Notes: generated from the letters alone by a model not told the origin. 63,937 bases of DNA, filler included, from 8 parts of 8 records of this genome joined end to end with filler, not necessarily neighbours in it; one strand, 5' to 3'; positions 49,333 through 60,391 are shown, counted from the first letter of the whole stretch. Translations and numbers: made by a program.

Positions 49333-50698
49333 TTAATAGGCTTGCTGAAAAACGATTTCGCTTATTCCGGCCACCTTTTTATTTGTTGGATCGACATAAA
49401 TGCGTACGGTAAGTTTGCGGTCGTTCACCTTCACTACCTTTTCCGGGGTCCACTTCTGTTGTCCGGCTTCAAGCGAATAAGTTGCGGCTTCTCGCCCTTC
49501 GAAACACACTTTTTGCCACGATTGTTTTTCGATATCGCCCACTTTGGCCCGAATCCTGTAAACACCGTTTTTTGCATTTATTTCGTAATCGTAAAAATCA
49601 TTCGGATTTTGGCACCTGGCCTTAGTCCCTTGAAATAAAATTTTACTCAAGCGCGCATTTGCTCTGTGTTTTTCAAAACATAGTCTACTTTATCGGGTAA
49701 ACACCACTTGCCCAAAAGCCAGCCTTTTCCTGAATACTCCTCAATTGCTGAAATATTTTTCCGGTTACCATTGGCATAGTCGAAATAACCAAAATCAATT
49801 TTCCCCTTCGTAAATACCTTCGAAAGACTATAAGTCTGCTTAAAATACAATTCGAATAATTGCGGAAAAAAATTAACGCAGTTGGAATATCTGTTTTCAT
49901 ACGAAGGAACCGAATCGGATTTAACAACTGCCAACTGCACATGTTCCCACTTTTTATCGCCCCATGCTGTTGCCAACAACTCACCTCGTATCAATTTTTG
50001 ATTGTCCCTAACCAAAATATTTCTTGTATTCAAATAGTCGTACACATAGTAAATCTCAGAATTTGCGGTGCTTTTCAACAAAATACAAGCCTCCTTTTTT
50101 GTTGCTCCCAATTTCTCTTCAATCCAAACTACCGAACTGTTTTCTAATGCAACAATCCAATCTTTCTCTTGTATTCTTACGCCACTCAATCCAATACCTA
50201 TTCCGCTATAAGAACGAAGTTTACCATCATTGTTCTCCCCTGGAAAGAAAACATGTAACTGTCTTCTTCAGCTCCCCATAAAAAACCATTGTTGAAACTT
50301 ATGGGAAAAACATAGCTATTTTGTTCGAGTAAATTTATGGTAATGTCTGAAATGCAAATCAAGGCATCTTTAGTTAAAAGGCCATGAACGGCTGAATCGG
50401 AAGTTAAGTTTTTTACATTCCGGTTATCGGCAACAAATAGCCGTAAGCTCTGAACCGTTACCGGCAAAGTGCGACGACTCACTTTTAATTGAACAGTGTC
50501 CTTTCCTACCCTAATTGTATTGTAATGGTTATAAATATTTAGGAGCTCAATTTCGGTTGAATTGTAAAGCACTTTATCTCCAACATTTAAGTTGAAATAT
50601 GCTGAATTTCCCCACTTAAAATCAGGTATCAAGTCAATTTGTGCCTTCCCATAAAGGCCAATAACTAATAGCGATAATATGAAGAACAGATTTTTCAA
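49333..50698 (-). CDS. Secreted hypothetical protein, about 455 aa, probably one gene split by two frameshifts
   Basis: Three abutting ORFs, each joinable by a single-base insertion; signal peptide only on the first. Confidence 0.55.
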
Positions 50699-50700
50699 TT

Positions 50701-51108
50701 TTATAATTTAAATGCCTCATTGTTTAATTCAAACAAAACATCATCCTCTTTTTCATCTAAAATTTTCTGAAAACCTTCTTTTAAGTCGTCTTCCTTTTTT
50801 GTTAGCTTAGTTAAAGGTTGTTTTTCCAACGGGTCGTTTGCTGTATTAAAAAACCGGCCATCGCGGTACAATTTATACTCGCCGTTTAATACCCAACGAT
50901 TATGCAGTTTTCCCCAATTTCCCCAACGTGGAGAATAATGAACAAAGACTTCATCTTGCACCTTTTCTTTCTCGCCGGTAATTAGTGGCACAAAACTACA
51001 ACCATCGCTTTTAAATTCATTTGGGTCTATTCCGGCAGCATCGCACAGCGTTGGCAACACATCGGCAAACGATATTAATGCTTTTTCAACGCGTTTTCCC
51101 TTCATTTT
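50701..51108 (-). CDS. Sulfatase-like hydrolase, C-terminal fragment
   Basis: LISFADVLPTL, DGCSFVP, YKLY, DPLEK. Confidence 0.75.
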   Translation of the reverse strand, partial: KMKGKRVEKALISFADVLPTLCDAAGIDPNEFKSDGCSFVPLITGEKEKVQDEVFVHYSPRWGNWGKLHNRWVLNGEYKLYRDGRFFNTANDPLEKQPLTKLTKKEDDLKEGFQKILDEKEDDVLFELNNEAFKL

Positions 51109-51208
51109 NNNNNNNNNNNNNNNNNNNNNNNNNNNNNNNNNNNNNNNNNNNNTTAATTAATTAANNNNNNNNNNNNNNNNNNNNNNNNNNNNNNNNNNNN
51201 NNNNNNNN

Positions 51209-51697
51209 CAGCGCCAACAACAAGTGGATTTTTCACCTTTCCTGTCTCCACTGCAACATCAGGGTAAATGTCGTAGACTACGTTCACTAGCTTGGCACCG
51301 TGCATCTTCGCGACAATTGCGCCTAGTAGCGGTCCAACCAAAGGAGGCCCGTATATCAGAACAATATCTTTCCTTTTTACCAGCGCCGCTCCCAATGCGG
51401 TTCCCAAAGCCTGACTCAAATAGACCCCGGCCCTTACCGGAATGGAACGACTCCGGGAAGTCAAATGCCATGTTCGCAAAACTCGATACCCTTCACCATC
51501 GTATACCTTGAACAACTCCTTCTTCCATCCTGTCGGCAAAATGCCATTTGGATGATGGGGTTGCCCGCAAATGACTTCCACATCCCACTCTTTCCTCGAT
51601 AAATACTCAGCAAGTTCTTTGACCATCACAGATGTGGAATGTATTTCTCTGGCGGGAAAACCTGAGTATGTATTAACAATCTAGCCACTTGTTTCAC
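51209..51697 (-). CDS. GT4 glycosyltransferase (WbuB-like), N-terminal part; frameshift near 51645
   Basis: TQVFPPE, CGQPHHP, YGPPL, VYDIYPD. Confidence 0.8.
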
Positions 51698-52856
51698 TTA
51701 CTACCGTTTCATATATTTTCATCAGCTTCCCATAAGCTACCTTCTCTGAGTATCTTCTCTTGTATATTTCGATGCATTCTTTAGACCTACTCGTCCCCCA
51801 TTCTTCAAACTCTTTGCAAACTTTCTCTATCATTAAAGCTAATTTTTCAACTGAGCCGCTGTCGAACAATAGTCCACTAACAGCATCCTCTACAATTTCA
51901 GGGAAAGGTCCATGCTTAGGAACAATTGCTTGAGTACCATTCGATAACGCTTCTAGCACTGCCATTGGCATACCTTCGTAGCACCTCGAAGGCATCAACA
52001 AGGCTACACTGCTTGCCAACTCTTTCTGAACTTCATTCCACTCCAGTCTTCCTCGATACTCTACGCCCTCAGCTGAAGACTCTCTTACGGCCCTCTCCAT
52101 TTCTCCCGATCCGATAAATACTAACTTCCATCCGGGTAGTCTTTTTTTTCGCCAAGCTTCAAGTGCAATGTCAACTCCTTTTTCTCTAGTGAGAGTTCCA
52201 ACATATACGAGTTTCCTTTCCTTTTTTGCACACTGACTGCGACCTGCAACAAAGTTGCTTTTCACATATATTTTATTCTCAGGAAATCCATCTCTTATAA
52301 GTACATTTTTTGCGAACTCGGACAGAACAATTATTCCGTCAACTTTTCTTTCAAACGTTTTTAGCATTTTATGTATGCTTTTTATCGCAGCGATCATCAT
52401 CGCGTTTCTTTTTCGCCCTTTATACTTGCAATCGTTTTTTAGTACTTCCAAAAATATGCAATCTTTTCCAACACACTTTTCACAAATTCCCGTATCGTTC
52501 ATGAGTAAAGCTGTTCCACAAATATACCTATAGTTATGTATTGTGGTCACGATCGGTATTCCCTTCGCTTTGGCGCCCCAAAAAACGCTTGGGCTTAATC
52601 TTGCGAAAGTATTATGTACATGTACTATATCGGGCCTGATCCTTTCGATCTTCTTCTTTACCTTTGTGTATGATCGAACTGACCAGATTGTATTTGCTAT
52701 CTCTGCCAATGAATTTCTCTTTATATTTTTATTTGTAACCATCCATTGTGCGACTTTATGCTTCCTACCTTCCAGCATTGCTTTCTCTTGCTGAATTACC
52801 GTATCCTCACCACCTGTGCCACTTTCATAGGCATTGTGTACTTGTAGTATTCTCAT
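51681..52856 (-). CDS. GT4 glycosyltransferase
   Basis: QVHNAY..GGED, HVHNTF, TIHNYR, EKG, EGMPMAVLEA. Confidence 0.92.
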   Translation of the reverse strand: MRILQVHNAYESGTGGEDTVIQQEKAMLEGRKHKVAQWMVTNKNIKRNSLAEIANTIWSVRSYTKVKKKIERIRPDIVHVHNTFARLSPSVFWGAKAKGIPIVTTIHNYRYICGTALLMNDTGICEKCVGKDCIFLEVLKNDCKYKGRKRNAMMIAAIKSIHKMLKTFERKVDGIIVLSEFAKNVLIRDGFPENKIYVKSNFVAGRSQCAKKERKLVYVGTLTREKGVDIALEAWRKKRLPGWKLVFIGSGEMERAVRESSAEGVEYRGRLEWNEVQKELASSVALLMPSRCYEGMPMAVLEALSNGTQAIVPKHGPFPEIVEDAVSGLLFDSGSVEKLALMIEKVCKEFEEWGTSRSKECIEIYKRRYSEKVAYGKLMKIYETVVSETSG

Positions 52857-53935
52857 TGCTCACAAACGAAATTAAATAGCTCCTGAGGCGGTATACTTTC
52901 AGGAACTTCTACAACTACAACTTGCTTTTCCTTAAATGCATCTCTATATATGGAAGCATCGCTGCCTTCCCTTCTTTTAAATATAGCGCCAGAAAGCCTC
53001 GCCAAGTATTGTGCCTTCTCAATCTTTTCATAGTAGTGACTCAACTCGTTTTTTATGCAAATGTCACATGCTTCTACTGCCTCTTCCATCTCGATCGTTG
53101 TTCTTTTCATTTTTCCTCGTTTTCTCACAAGTATCGCAACTGTATCCACAAAGCTTTCATCCTCCCATCCAGATTTTTCATTTACTTGTTCTGGATTCAA
53201 CTCCACTCTCAACATGTTTTTAGTTAGAGTGTTAACTTTTTTAACTCCCCGTGTTACTTCAGCCTCTGGAGAGTACCGTTCCAGCAATTGATATACTCTG
53301 TCTGTAACTCTTTCGAAAAGAATTGAGGTTCTTCTACTTCTAGTATATTCCTTTTTTAATTTTTCATTCCATTTAACATTGTAATGATATACCCCAATGG
53401 GTTTCCTTATCGGTTCTATTTTTCCTTTTCTGTCAATAATTGCAAGATCATCAGACAAAAGCTTAGCTCCCCGTTTTAGTGCCTCCAGTAGAATATTAGT
53501 CTTTCCTGTCCCTGCCCACGCTGGTAATAAAAATGTCTTGCCCCCATAAACAAAGCTACTCGCATGCAACAGGGTTTTTTCCTCAAGTAGCAGCATTTCT
53601 TGTGTTACTCCATAAATCAAATGGCCCATTGCACTATCAGGATCCATACGTCTGTTAATTTCTACCTTTACATTTACCCCAGTCTCTTTCGGTATTCCGA
53701 TTATTCCACCTACAGGGTCTGAATAATAGAAAGAACCTTCAGACTGACACACGCTGTTGCTAGTCCAAATTGAATGGGACAAGTCTATATTTTTCTCTAC
53801 TATTTCGATTCGCCTCTTAGATTCATCTACCCTATTCCGTTTCGGTTGATTGAACTTCTTTACAATATAATCCCCAAATCTTGTCCCTGTCTTGGCAACA
53901 AGACTTACACTATTTCCAAAAACTACTTTTTCCAT
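52853..53935 (-). CDS. HprK-like P-loop kinase
   Basis: LLHASS...AWAGTGKT...LLSDD motif set. Confidence 0.7.
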   Translation of the reverse strand: MEKVVFGNSVSLVAKTGTRFGDYIVKKFNQPKRNRVDESKRRIEIVEKNIDLSHSIWTSNSVCQSEGSFYYSDPVGGIIGIPKETGVNVKVEINRRMDPDSAMGHLIYGVTQEMLLLEEKTLLHASSFVYGGKTFLLPAWAGTGKTNILLEALKRGAKLLSDDLAIIDRKGKIEPIRKPIGVYHYNVKWNEKLKKEYTRSRRTSILFERVTDRVYQLLERYSPEAEVTRGVKKVNTLTKNMLRVELNPEQVNEKSGWEDESFVDTVAILVRKRGKMKRTTIEMEEAVEACDICIKNELSHYYEKIEKAQYLARLSGAIFKRREGSDASIYRDAFKEKQVVVVEVPESIPPQELFNFVCEQ

Positions 53936-53938
53936 TCA

Positions 53939-54928
53939 CTATTCCTCAACAATTTTCTTTCTCAGACTTTCACTGATTGATCCATTGATTGTTACCTCTC
54001 CACAATCGATACCTTCCAAATCGCCATACTCATCCATCCTCCAATCAGCTTCTATTTTTAGATTCTTTAGAGCAACTGGCCACCTTGACTGCCATGGGAA
54101 ATCTTTCATTGAAGAGTGGATATCAGTAATCTCTCTGACAAATTGTCTTGTGCTGACTCTTCTGTATTTTTCTTTTTTCCCTATTTTTAGAAGCACCATT
54201 TTTTTCAAAGGAACAGGCTGTTTCGTAGTGTTGATTGGCTCATACTGCTTCTTTCCGTGAACCAAGCCTTTTTGAACTTCTTTGTAACCAGCAGGGATCT
54301 CTTCCAAAGGAGAAATCCTCAAGACCTCTTGGAACGGCAATACATTCCCTTTTCTTATTATCACATAATTGTCCGCAAGTATTCCACGCCCAAGATCCAT
54401 ATTTATCTTTTTCGCAGTAGTTGATTTCCCGCATCCGTTATCCCCGGCAAAAACTATTGCTCCGCGTTCCGTCTTTACTGCTGAGCCATGCAACAATGAA
54501 ATTTTTTCCTTCTGGTTCAAAGCCATCAACAACGGATAATGAATTAAATATCTCATGCAAAGCTGATCAAACCCATTTCTAACACTATTCGAAAGACGAT
54601 ACCTAATAAACTGGTGTTTCATCAAACTAAGTGAGCCTCTTATTGCCAGACAAACATTGCTATTCTTTACTGCCAGCTCCATGCAACCATCACGCCACAG
54701 CACCTCACCATTTCTCAAATAAAAATCCGTCCCAAACTTGCTCTCCCAACCGTCGATCCTATAGTCTGAGAAGCACCTGGCTCTACCAATTTCTATTTCC
54801 AGGTCAGCTCTATTTTTTACATTCGATAAGTGTTGCCTAAAATTGGGTAATACAGTTTCGCGCATCATGGTAGGTTCACACGACACCAAGCAACGAATCC
54901 CATGAAAGTCAAATGCTCTGTTCTGCAT
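53939..54928 (-). CDS. HprK-like P-loop kinase (DN variant)
   Basis: LLHGSAV...GDNGCGKST...ILADN. Confidence 0.7.
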   Translation of the reverse strand: MQNRAFDFHGIRCLVSCEPTMMRETVLPNFRQHLSNVKNRADLEIEIGRARCFSDYRIDGWESKFGTDFYLRNGEVLWRDGCMELAVKNSNVCLAIRGSLSLMKHQFIRYRLSNSVRNGFDQLCMRYLIHYPLLMALNQKEKISLLHGSAVKTERGAIVFAGDNGCGKSTTAKKINMDLGRGILADNYVIIRKGNVLPFQEVLRISPLEEIPAGYKEVQKGLVHGKKQYEPINTTKQPVPLKKMVLLKIGKKEKYRRVSTRQFVREITDIHSSMKDFPWQSRWPVALKNLKIEADWRMDEYGDLEGIDCGEVTINGSISESLRKKIVEE

Positions 54929-56317
54929 CTCTGTATTTTCGCCTTTTTGTTACAAACAGCATTGTTACAGCAAACAGGCCAATCTCGATTGCCCAGCCTG
55001 TCGCAACTGCAAGAAACTCTCCCTTCATTAAAGAAGAAAACCTGAAGAGACTAATCGAGTAAATGCCAATAAACAAAACATCACTACTTTGAGATAGAAT
55101 CCTGTCCCCAAACCGTCTTGAAAAAATCCAATGAACAGCATTCCCAAAATGCTACCTACAACGTCCCAGTTCAAATATAATTCTCCAATTACAGAAAAAT
55201 GATATCCAGAACCCATCTTCCACATCCCAGGGTTCAACGCTTTTGTCACAGTTTCTCCCCCACCAGCCAACTTGTTCGGGAAATGCTTCCTAGGCAGGGG
55301 CTGAGTCAATATTGCAAGGTAAGTCATTCCCCATTCCAGCGGTAGTTTTCGATCTTTCCTATAGGCAATCATCTCGGCAAAAGTATCTAACATGCCGAAA
55401 TTGCCTTTATCCATAAGTTTATCCCAAGCATCCTGTCTAAAAACACTCTGAGAGGCGACTGTCCCTAAGTTGTTGACTCCAGTGTTTTCAGATCCCCTGA
55501 AGGCGAATCTATATTGAACAACAACGAGTAAAATAATTACAACTGCAAAAGCCAAGTATCTAAGACTTTTTCTTCTTTTCACTAAAGCAAACGTAATGAA
55601 AATCATTGCAATGAATGAAATGATATTAGTTCTGCTTCCTCCAAATAGGGAAAGCAAAACTGTTGCGACAAGTAACGCTATAGTAATCAATCTGACTTTC
55701 TTTCGCGAAGTCAGATCCTTAACAAGCCAAACATAACTAGATATTTTACAAATGTTCATGCCAGCATATGCATATCCCGCTCCTTCAAAAGTCGTTTTGT
55801 AACTTGATAAAGATTGTATGAAAGAATCAAGACTACCTGATGACAAAACAAAACTTGATATGGATACAATGGATACAGCAAAATATATCAATGTAACCGC
55901 ATACAATCTATGGGTGTGCCAAACAGTTTTGTATAAAAAGACAGTTTTCTTCTCGTGCTTTCTAGTAATAATCGAGTGTCCTAAAATAAAAGCCAATATG
56001 GACCACAAAGCAATAAGCTCGGCCAAAGTAAATTCTTCATCAATCGAGTTTCCTTGTGCCAGCACAACGATGGGCCTAGCGCAGAACAAGAGAAAAAACA
56101 TCGCATGAATAGCAATCTTAGGTTGCAGAAATGACAGATTGGATAATTTGACTGTTACGACTGTATCAACAATCACCACAAAAAGCGCACATAAAACACA
56201 AGCCCAGCATGTTACATTATTGCTGTCCGCAAAAAAGAATAATGGAAGTGTCCAGGAGGACATCACTATTAGTGCTATCGCACGAAGAAATTCCTTAGAA
56301 CTATTAGCAATACTCAT
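54908..56317 (-). CDS. Wzy-type polysaccharide polymerase; frameshift near 55120
   Basis: About 11 TM helices, GGSRT motif, periplasmic loop PLPRKHFPNK, GELYLNW; C-terminus continues in another frame. Confidence 0.75.
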
Positions 56318-56326
56318 TGGAATATT

Positions 56327-57507
56327 TTAGGTATTCACAGAATCGGATATATCTTCTCCGAAATAACGAATAATGTAAACATACTGTACAAGAGGCGGGA
56401 TAAATAGCGCACCCACCAGGAAATATGTGAATTCCAGAAGTTGAAGATTGGCAAAAAGGAACGGTACAATACAGATTGTTATAAAAATGTTCACCATAGA
56501 AAAAAACCACAACCGACCCGCCTTTATGTAGAAAGGAAGCAGGACGTCTCGAAGCGCTCGTGCTAAAGGAAACAACGCCAAAGAAAAAAGTAGCAAAGAA
56601 AGACCCGCATATTTATCTCCGAAAAGTAGAGAAGTAACTTCTGGCATATATTTCATTAAAACATAGAACCCTCCAAAAATAAGCAGGCACGACAGAACCA
56701 GCAGGTTGACACCTAATTTTGCTCTTCTGCTACCAGCTAGTTTATTCGAAAAAGGAATTGCCGCAATACCAACCGGTATTATCATTAGCGGAATATTTAC
56801 CACTCTGAATACGACAGTGAAATCAGCCGCATCACTTGCATCCCAAAACAGACCGACCGCTGGCACCAGTAACCATCCATAGAACACCGAGGAAACGGAC
56901 GTTGGGATGAATTTCTTTACAAAGGAACGCACTTTCATGTCTGTAAAGAGCGAATTTTCGTCATTTGGCGAGTTTTGATTCAAATTGAGATTACTTACAG
57001 ACTTTATCGACCATGAGACACAATACGCGAGATGCAACAAATTCAACGCGACAAGAACAGCATATACAGCGAAGATGTTGGAGGCAAAGAACAACTTCAC
57101 AGCAAAAAACAGCATGAATACTAGAAGTTCACGCGTCAGAACTGTCCGAAAGAAGTAATGACGATAAAGGCCAGCTCCCATAAAAAAGGCATCAATAATA
57201 GACTGAAAGGAAAGAACATTGAACAGAAGTAAGCAAATAACAGCCAAAAGCAAGTAAGATACGGGAAAGTCTGACCACGTAAAATATGAAACAATTATTG
57301 CTAATGCTATTATTGAAAGAACAAGATTAACTATGCCGCGAAATCTCGAAAACGCTCTCAGAATAGAAGATGCATCGTACCTGCCACTAGAAATATAGAA
57401 ATTGACGCCGGTCGGTATCCCTAAGTTAAAGCAAATCAGCATTCCATTTACAACAGCAAAGGAAATTGCGAAGACACTGAAATCAATTTTGGGCAAATCT
57501 CGAGCCA
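56327..57507 (-). CDS. Wzx-type polysaccharide flippase, 5' truncated
   Basis: Polytopic membrane protein with NLGIP and LLFGDKY motifs, next to wzy and GT genes. Confidence 0.7.
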
Positions 57508-57607
57508 NNNNNNNNNNNNNNNNNNNNNNNNNNNNNNNNNNNNNNNNNNNNTTAATTAATTAANNNNNNNNNNNNNNNNNNNNNNNNNNNNNNNNNNNNN
57601 NNNNNNN

Positions 57608-57889
57608 GGTCCTTCAACAGAGATTGCCACCTGTATCTCAGGTGCTGCAGCCGCATCACTTGCCACAATCCTTGCATGGCAGTCAAAACAGGGAAAATGG
57701 CTGATGCTGCTTGCTTATCCCTGTATCGCTCTAGGCTCCAGCGGCGACTTTGAATGGAACATGCATATGCTTTTCGACTCTGACTGGGGCAAGGGGATTC
57801 TCCCACTAGGAGCTGTTATGCTATATTTATGGCTTAGTTTCTTTGCTACCAAAGCCTTAGCATTGACAATTGAGCCAAAAAAAGTATGA
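57608..57889 (+). CDS. C-terminal fragment of a membrane protein
   Basis: Open frame from the contig edge with several hydrophobic segments. Confidence 0.45.
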   Translation, partial: GPSTEIATCISGAAAASLATILAWQSKQGKWLMLLAYPCIALGSSGDFEWNMHMLFDSDWGKGILPLGAVMLYLWLSFFATKALALTIEPKKV

Positions 57890-57942
57890 TTATGAAGATA
57901 ATATCATATAAACTATTAACATAAAAAAAGTGAAAGACAATA

Positions 57943-58200
57943 ATGGACGACGTAGAAAAGATCAAAGAAGATCTCTATAATAATGTTTTAGAGAATGAGA
58001 TAGCAATAAATGAAGAAAGATACAGAAACGATCCTGAATGCACTCTTGAAAGCCTGAGAATTATGCTCGAATTTCAGTACAATCATCAGGACGAAGGCTG
58101 GAGCGGACGAGGTGATGTCCAGCATATCGAAGGACAAGCAAAGGTTGCTGCTCTGGAGATTCTAATCCACAGGCTGGAAAAAGAAGATAATAATAAGTAA
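57943..58200 (+). CDS. Hypothetical acidic protein (85 aa)
   Basis: ORF preceded by TTGACA-N16-TATGAT (57863-57890). Confidence 0.6.
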   Translation: MDDVEKIKEDLYNNVLENEIAINEERYRNDPECTLESLRIMLEFQYNHQDEGWSGRGDVQHIEGQAKVAALEILIHRLEKEDNNK

Positions 58201-58260
58201 ATATTGCTGACTATAAGCTAATTTAATAAAACTATCGTAAAATAATTTTAGGAGAACGGT

Positions 58261-59616
58261 ATGAGTAAAAAGATTTTCCTACCAGACAGTGAGATGATCA
58301 CTCAATGGTACAATGTTGCAAGTGACCTTCCGGGAGGACTCCTTCCTCCGCTCGACCCTCAGACAGGCAAACCCTGTCCGCCTGAGATGCTTGCTCCAAT
58401 CTTCCCTGACCCGATTATCGAACAGGAAATGGCAACTGATCCATGGATTGACATACCTGAAGAGGTAAATAATATCCTGCGCATCTGGCGTCCAAGCCCA
58501 CTTGTACGAGCAGAAAGACTCGAACAGGCAATCGGCACAAAAGCCAAGATATACTTCAAGAATGAGAGTGTTTCTCCAGCCGGCAGCCACAAGCCAAACT
58601 CAGCTGTTGCTCAGGCATACTATAATAAGATTGCTGGCACAAAACGCCTGCTGACAGAAACAGGAGCAGGTCAGTGGGGCAGCTCACTTTCTATGGCTTG
58701 TAACTTCTTTGATCTTGAATGCCTTGTCTATATGGTTCGCTGCTCATACGATCAGAAACCATTCCGCCGTAGCATGATGGAAGCATGGAAAGGCAGCGTT
58801 ATTCCTAGTCCGTCAGATACAACAGACAGCGGTCGAGCAGTCCTTGCAGAGCACCCTGACAGCCCGGGCAGCCTCGGTATTGCAATCTCTGAAGCTGTTG
58901 AAGTTGCGGTAAAAGACCCAGACGCCAAATACGCCCTCGGTTCAGTACTCAACCATGTCCTGCTGCACCAGACAGTTATCGGTCTTGAGACCAAGAAGCA
59001 GCTGGAGCTTGGCGGTGAAGAGCTTCCTGATATCCTTGTAGGCTGCTGTGGTGGCGGTTCAAACTTCGGCGGTTTTGCAGTTCCTTTCCTCCGTGATAAA
59101 CTCGACGGCAAGAAAGACATCAAACTTGTCGGTGTCGAACCTTCAGCCTGCCCAACTCTCAGCCGTGGACATTACGCTTATGATTACGGTGACCTTGCAG
59201 GCCTTACACCACTACTCAAGATGCACACTCTCGGAGCTAAATTTGTTCCACCAGGAATCCATGCCGGTGGTCTGCGTTACCACGGTATGGCACCTATCAT
59301 CTCAGCCCTGCTTCGTGAGGAACTTATGGAATCACTCGCCCTCGGTCAGGTTGAATGCTTCGAAGCAGCAACAATCTTCGCTCGCAGTGAAGGTATTATC
59401 CCTGCTCCAGAAAGCTCACACGCTATCCGTGGTGCTATTATTGAAGCTCAGAAAGAAGAGAATGCTGGCAAGGTTATTGTCTTCAATCTCTCAGGTCATG
59501 GTCACTTCGATATGACAAGCTATGATAAGTACTACGCAGGCGAACTAAACGATATCACCTTCCCGGAAGAAGACCTTGCAGAAGCAGCAAAACACCTTCC
59601 AAAGGTTGACATGTAA
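58261..59616 (+). CDS. trpB2: TrpB2-type PLP-dependent enzyme
   Basis: [52 protein letters not shown]. Confidence 0.93.
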   Translation: MSKKIFLPDSEMITQWYNVASDLPGGLLPPLDPQTGKPCPPEMLAPIFPDPIIEQEMATDPWIDIPEEVNNILRIWRPSPLVRAERLEQAIGTKAKIYFKNESVSPAGSHKPNSAVAQAYYNKIAGTKRLLTETGAGQWGSSLSMACNFFDLECLVYMVRCSYDQKPFRRSMMEAWKGSVIPSPSDTTDSGRAVLAEHPDSPGSLGIAISEAVEVAVKDPDAKYALGSVLNHVLLHQTVIGLETKKQLELGGEELPDILVGCCGGGSNFGGFAVPFLRDKLDGKKDIKLVGVEPSACPTLSRGHYAYDYGDLAGLTPLLKMHTLGAKFVPPGIHAGGLRYHGMAPIISALLREELMESLALGQVECFEAATIFARSEGIIPAPESSHAIRGAIIEAQKEENAGKVIVFNLSGHGHFDMTSYDKYYAGELNDITFPEEDLAEAAKHLPKVDM

Positions 59617-59648
59617 GATTCAACAAGTATCATGATTTATGTATTATA

Positions 59649-59682
59649 ACTACAGGGCTGAGAAAAATCTCAGCCCTGTAGT
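59649..59682. terminator. 15-bp perfect hairpin after trpB2
   Basis: ACTACAGGGCTGAGA-AAAA-TCTCAGCCCTGTAGT. Confidence 0.65.
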
Positions 59683-59701
59683 CTATTAAGGTCTACCCCT
59701 A

Positions 59702-60297
59702 CTAGTCATAGCGAGGAGTCCGCAGGACAACGTGGCTATCTCTTGACCACGCCTTTGGCTAAAGGCTGCTTCTGCAGCCTCGCAGACACGTAAGGTGGCT
59801 GCGTTTACACTTATTTTTCCCAAAATAAGTCTCAGGTTTGTCAACAAACCTGAGAATGAAATCATACGAGACATGTTATATTACCAACACATACGCAGCA
59901 CCTCCTTAAACTCCCCAACAAAACTTACACAACAATCACAATCTGTTAACATATCTAGTCATTGCGAGGAGTCCACAGGACAACGTGGCAATCTCTTGAT
60001 CAAACCAATATCCTTAATAAGTGCCTGTAATAACCTTTCAGACTGCTAAGCAAGTCACCTCCGGCGACTTGAAACCTTGTTGCTAGAGTCCACTGGCAAT
60101 ATACCATATCTCGTATGATTTCACTCTTCGGCATTGCTCGTAAACTCGCAATACCTCGACCTATCTTTGAAAAAGATAGAAACCCTTGAACCACACCTTC
60201 CAACTACACAACACCTAATTATTACGAGAAACATAGCAGCCTTTCAACAATTCTATACCTAGTCATTGCGAGGAGCAAAGCGACGTGGCAATCTCTT
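59702..60297 (+). repeat. Three REP-like palindromic units (59702-59746, 59955-59999, 60259-60297)
   Basis: CTAGTCAT(T/A)GCGAGGAG...ACGTGGC(A/T)ATCTCTT consensus. Confidence 0.8.
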
Positions 60298-60329
60298 TCC
60301 AAACTAATGGCAATATCCACACCAATACA

Positions 60330-60360
60330 AAAGCAGCAGCCGGAAACCGGCTGCTGCTTT
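60330..60360 (-). terminator. Intrinsic terminator of the ABC operon
   Basis: AAAGCAGCAGCCGG-AAA-CCGGCTGCTGCTTT. Confidence 0.75.
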
Positions 60361-60391
60361 AAATCATAATTCAACTAAACTACATCAAATC

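Noticed and set aside
52853-54928. Lasso-peptide (RiPP) cluster implied by the HprK-like kinases
   Set aside because: No precursor, B protein, PqqD/RRE or asparagine-synthetase-like cyclase on the contig; all neighbours are glycan genes.
11948-57607. TTAATTAATTAA repeated seven times
   Set aside because: It is an artificial six-frame-stop linker embedded in N runs, not biological. ORFs running into it (for example those ending LIN) are artefacts.
59686-60203. Short ORFs in the trpB2-ABC intergenic region sharing EIIRDM
   Set aside because: The shared peptide simply reflects the 33-bp inverted repeat; there is no RBS or coding signal.
59702-60297. Repeats as a CRISPR array
   Set aside because: Only three imperfect units separated by more than 200 bp; REP-like instead.
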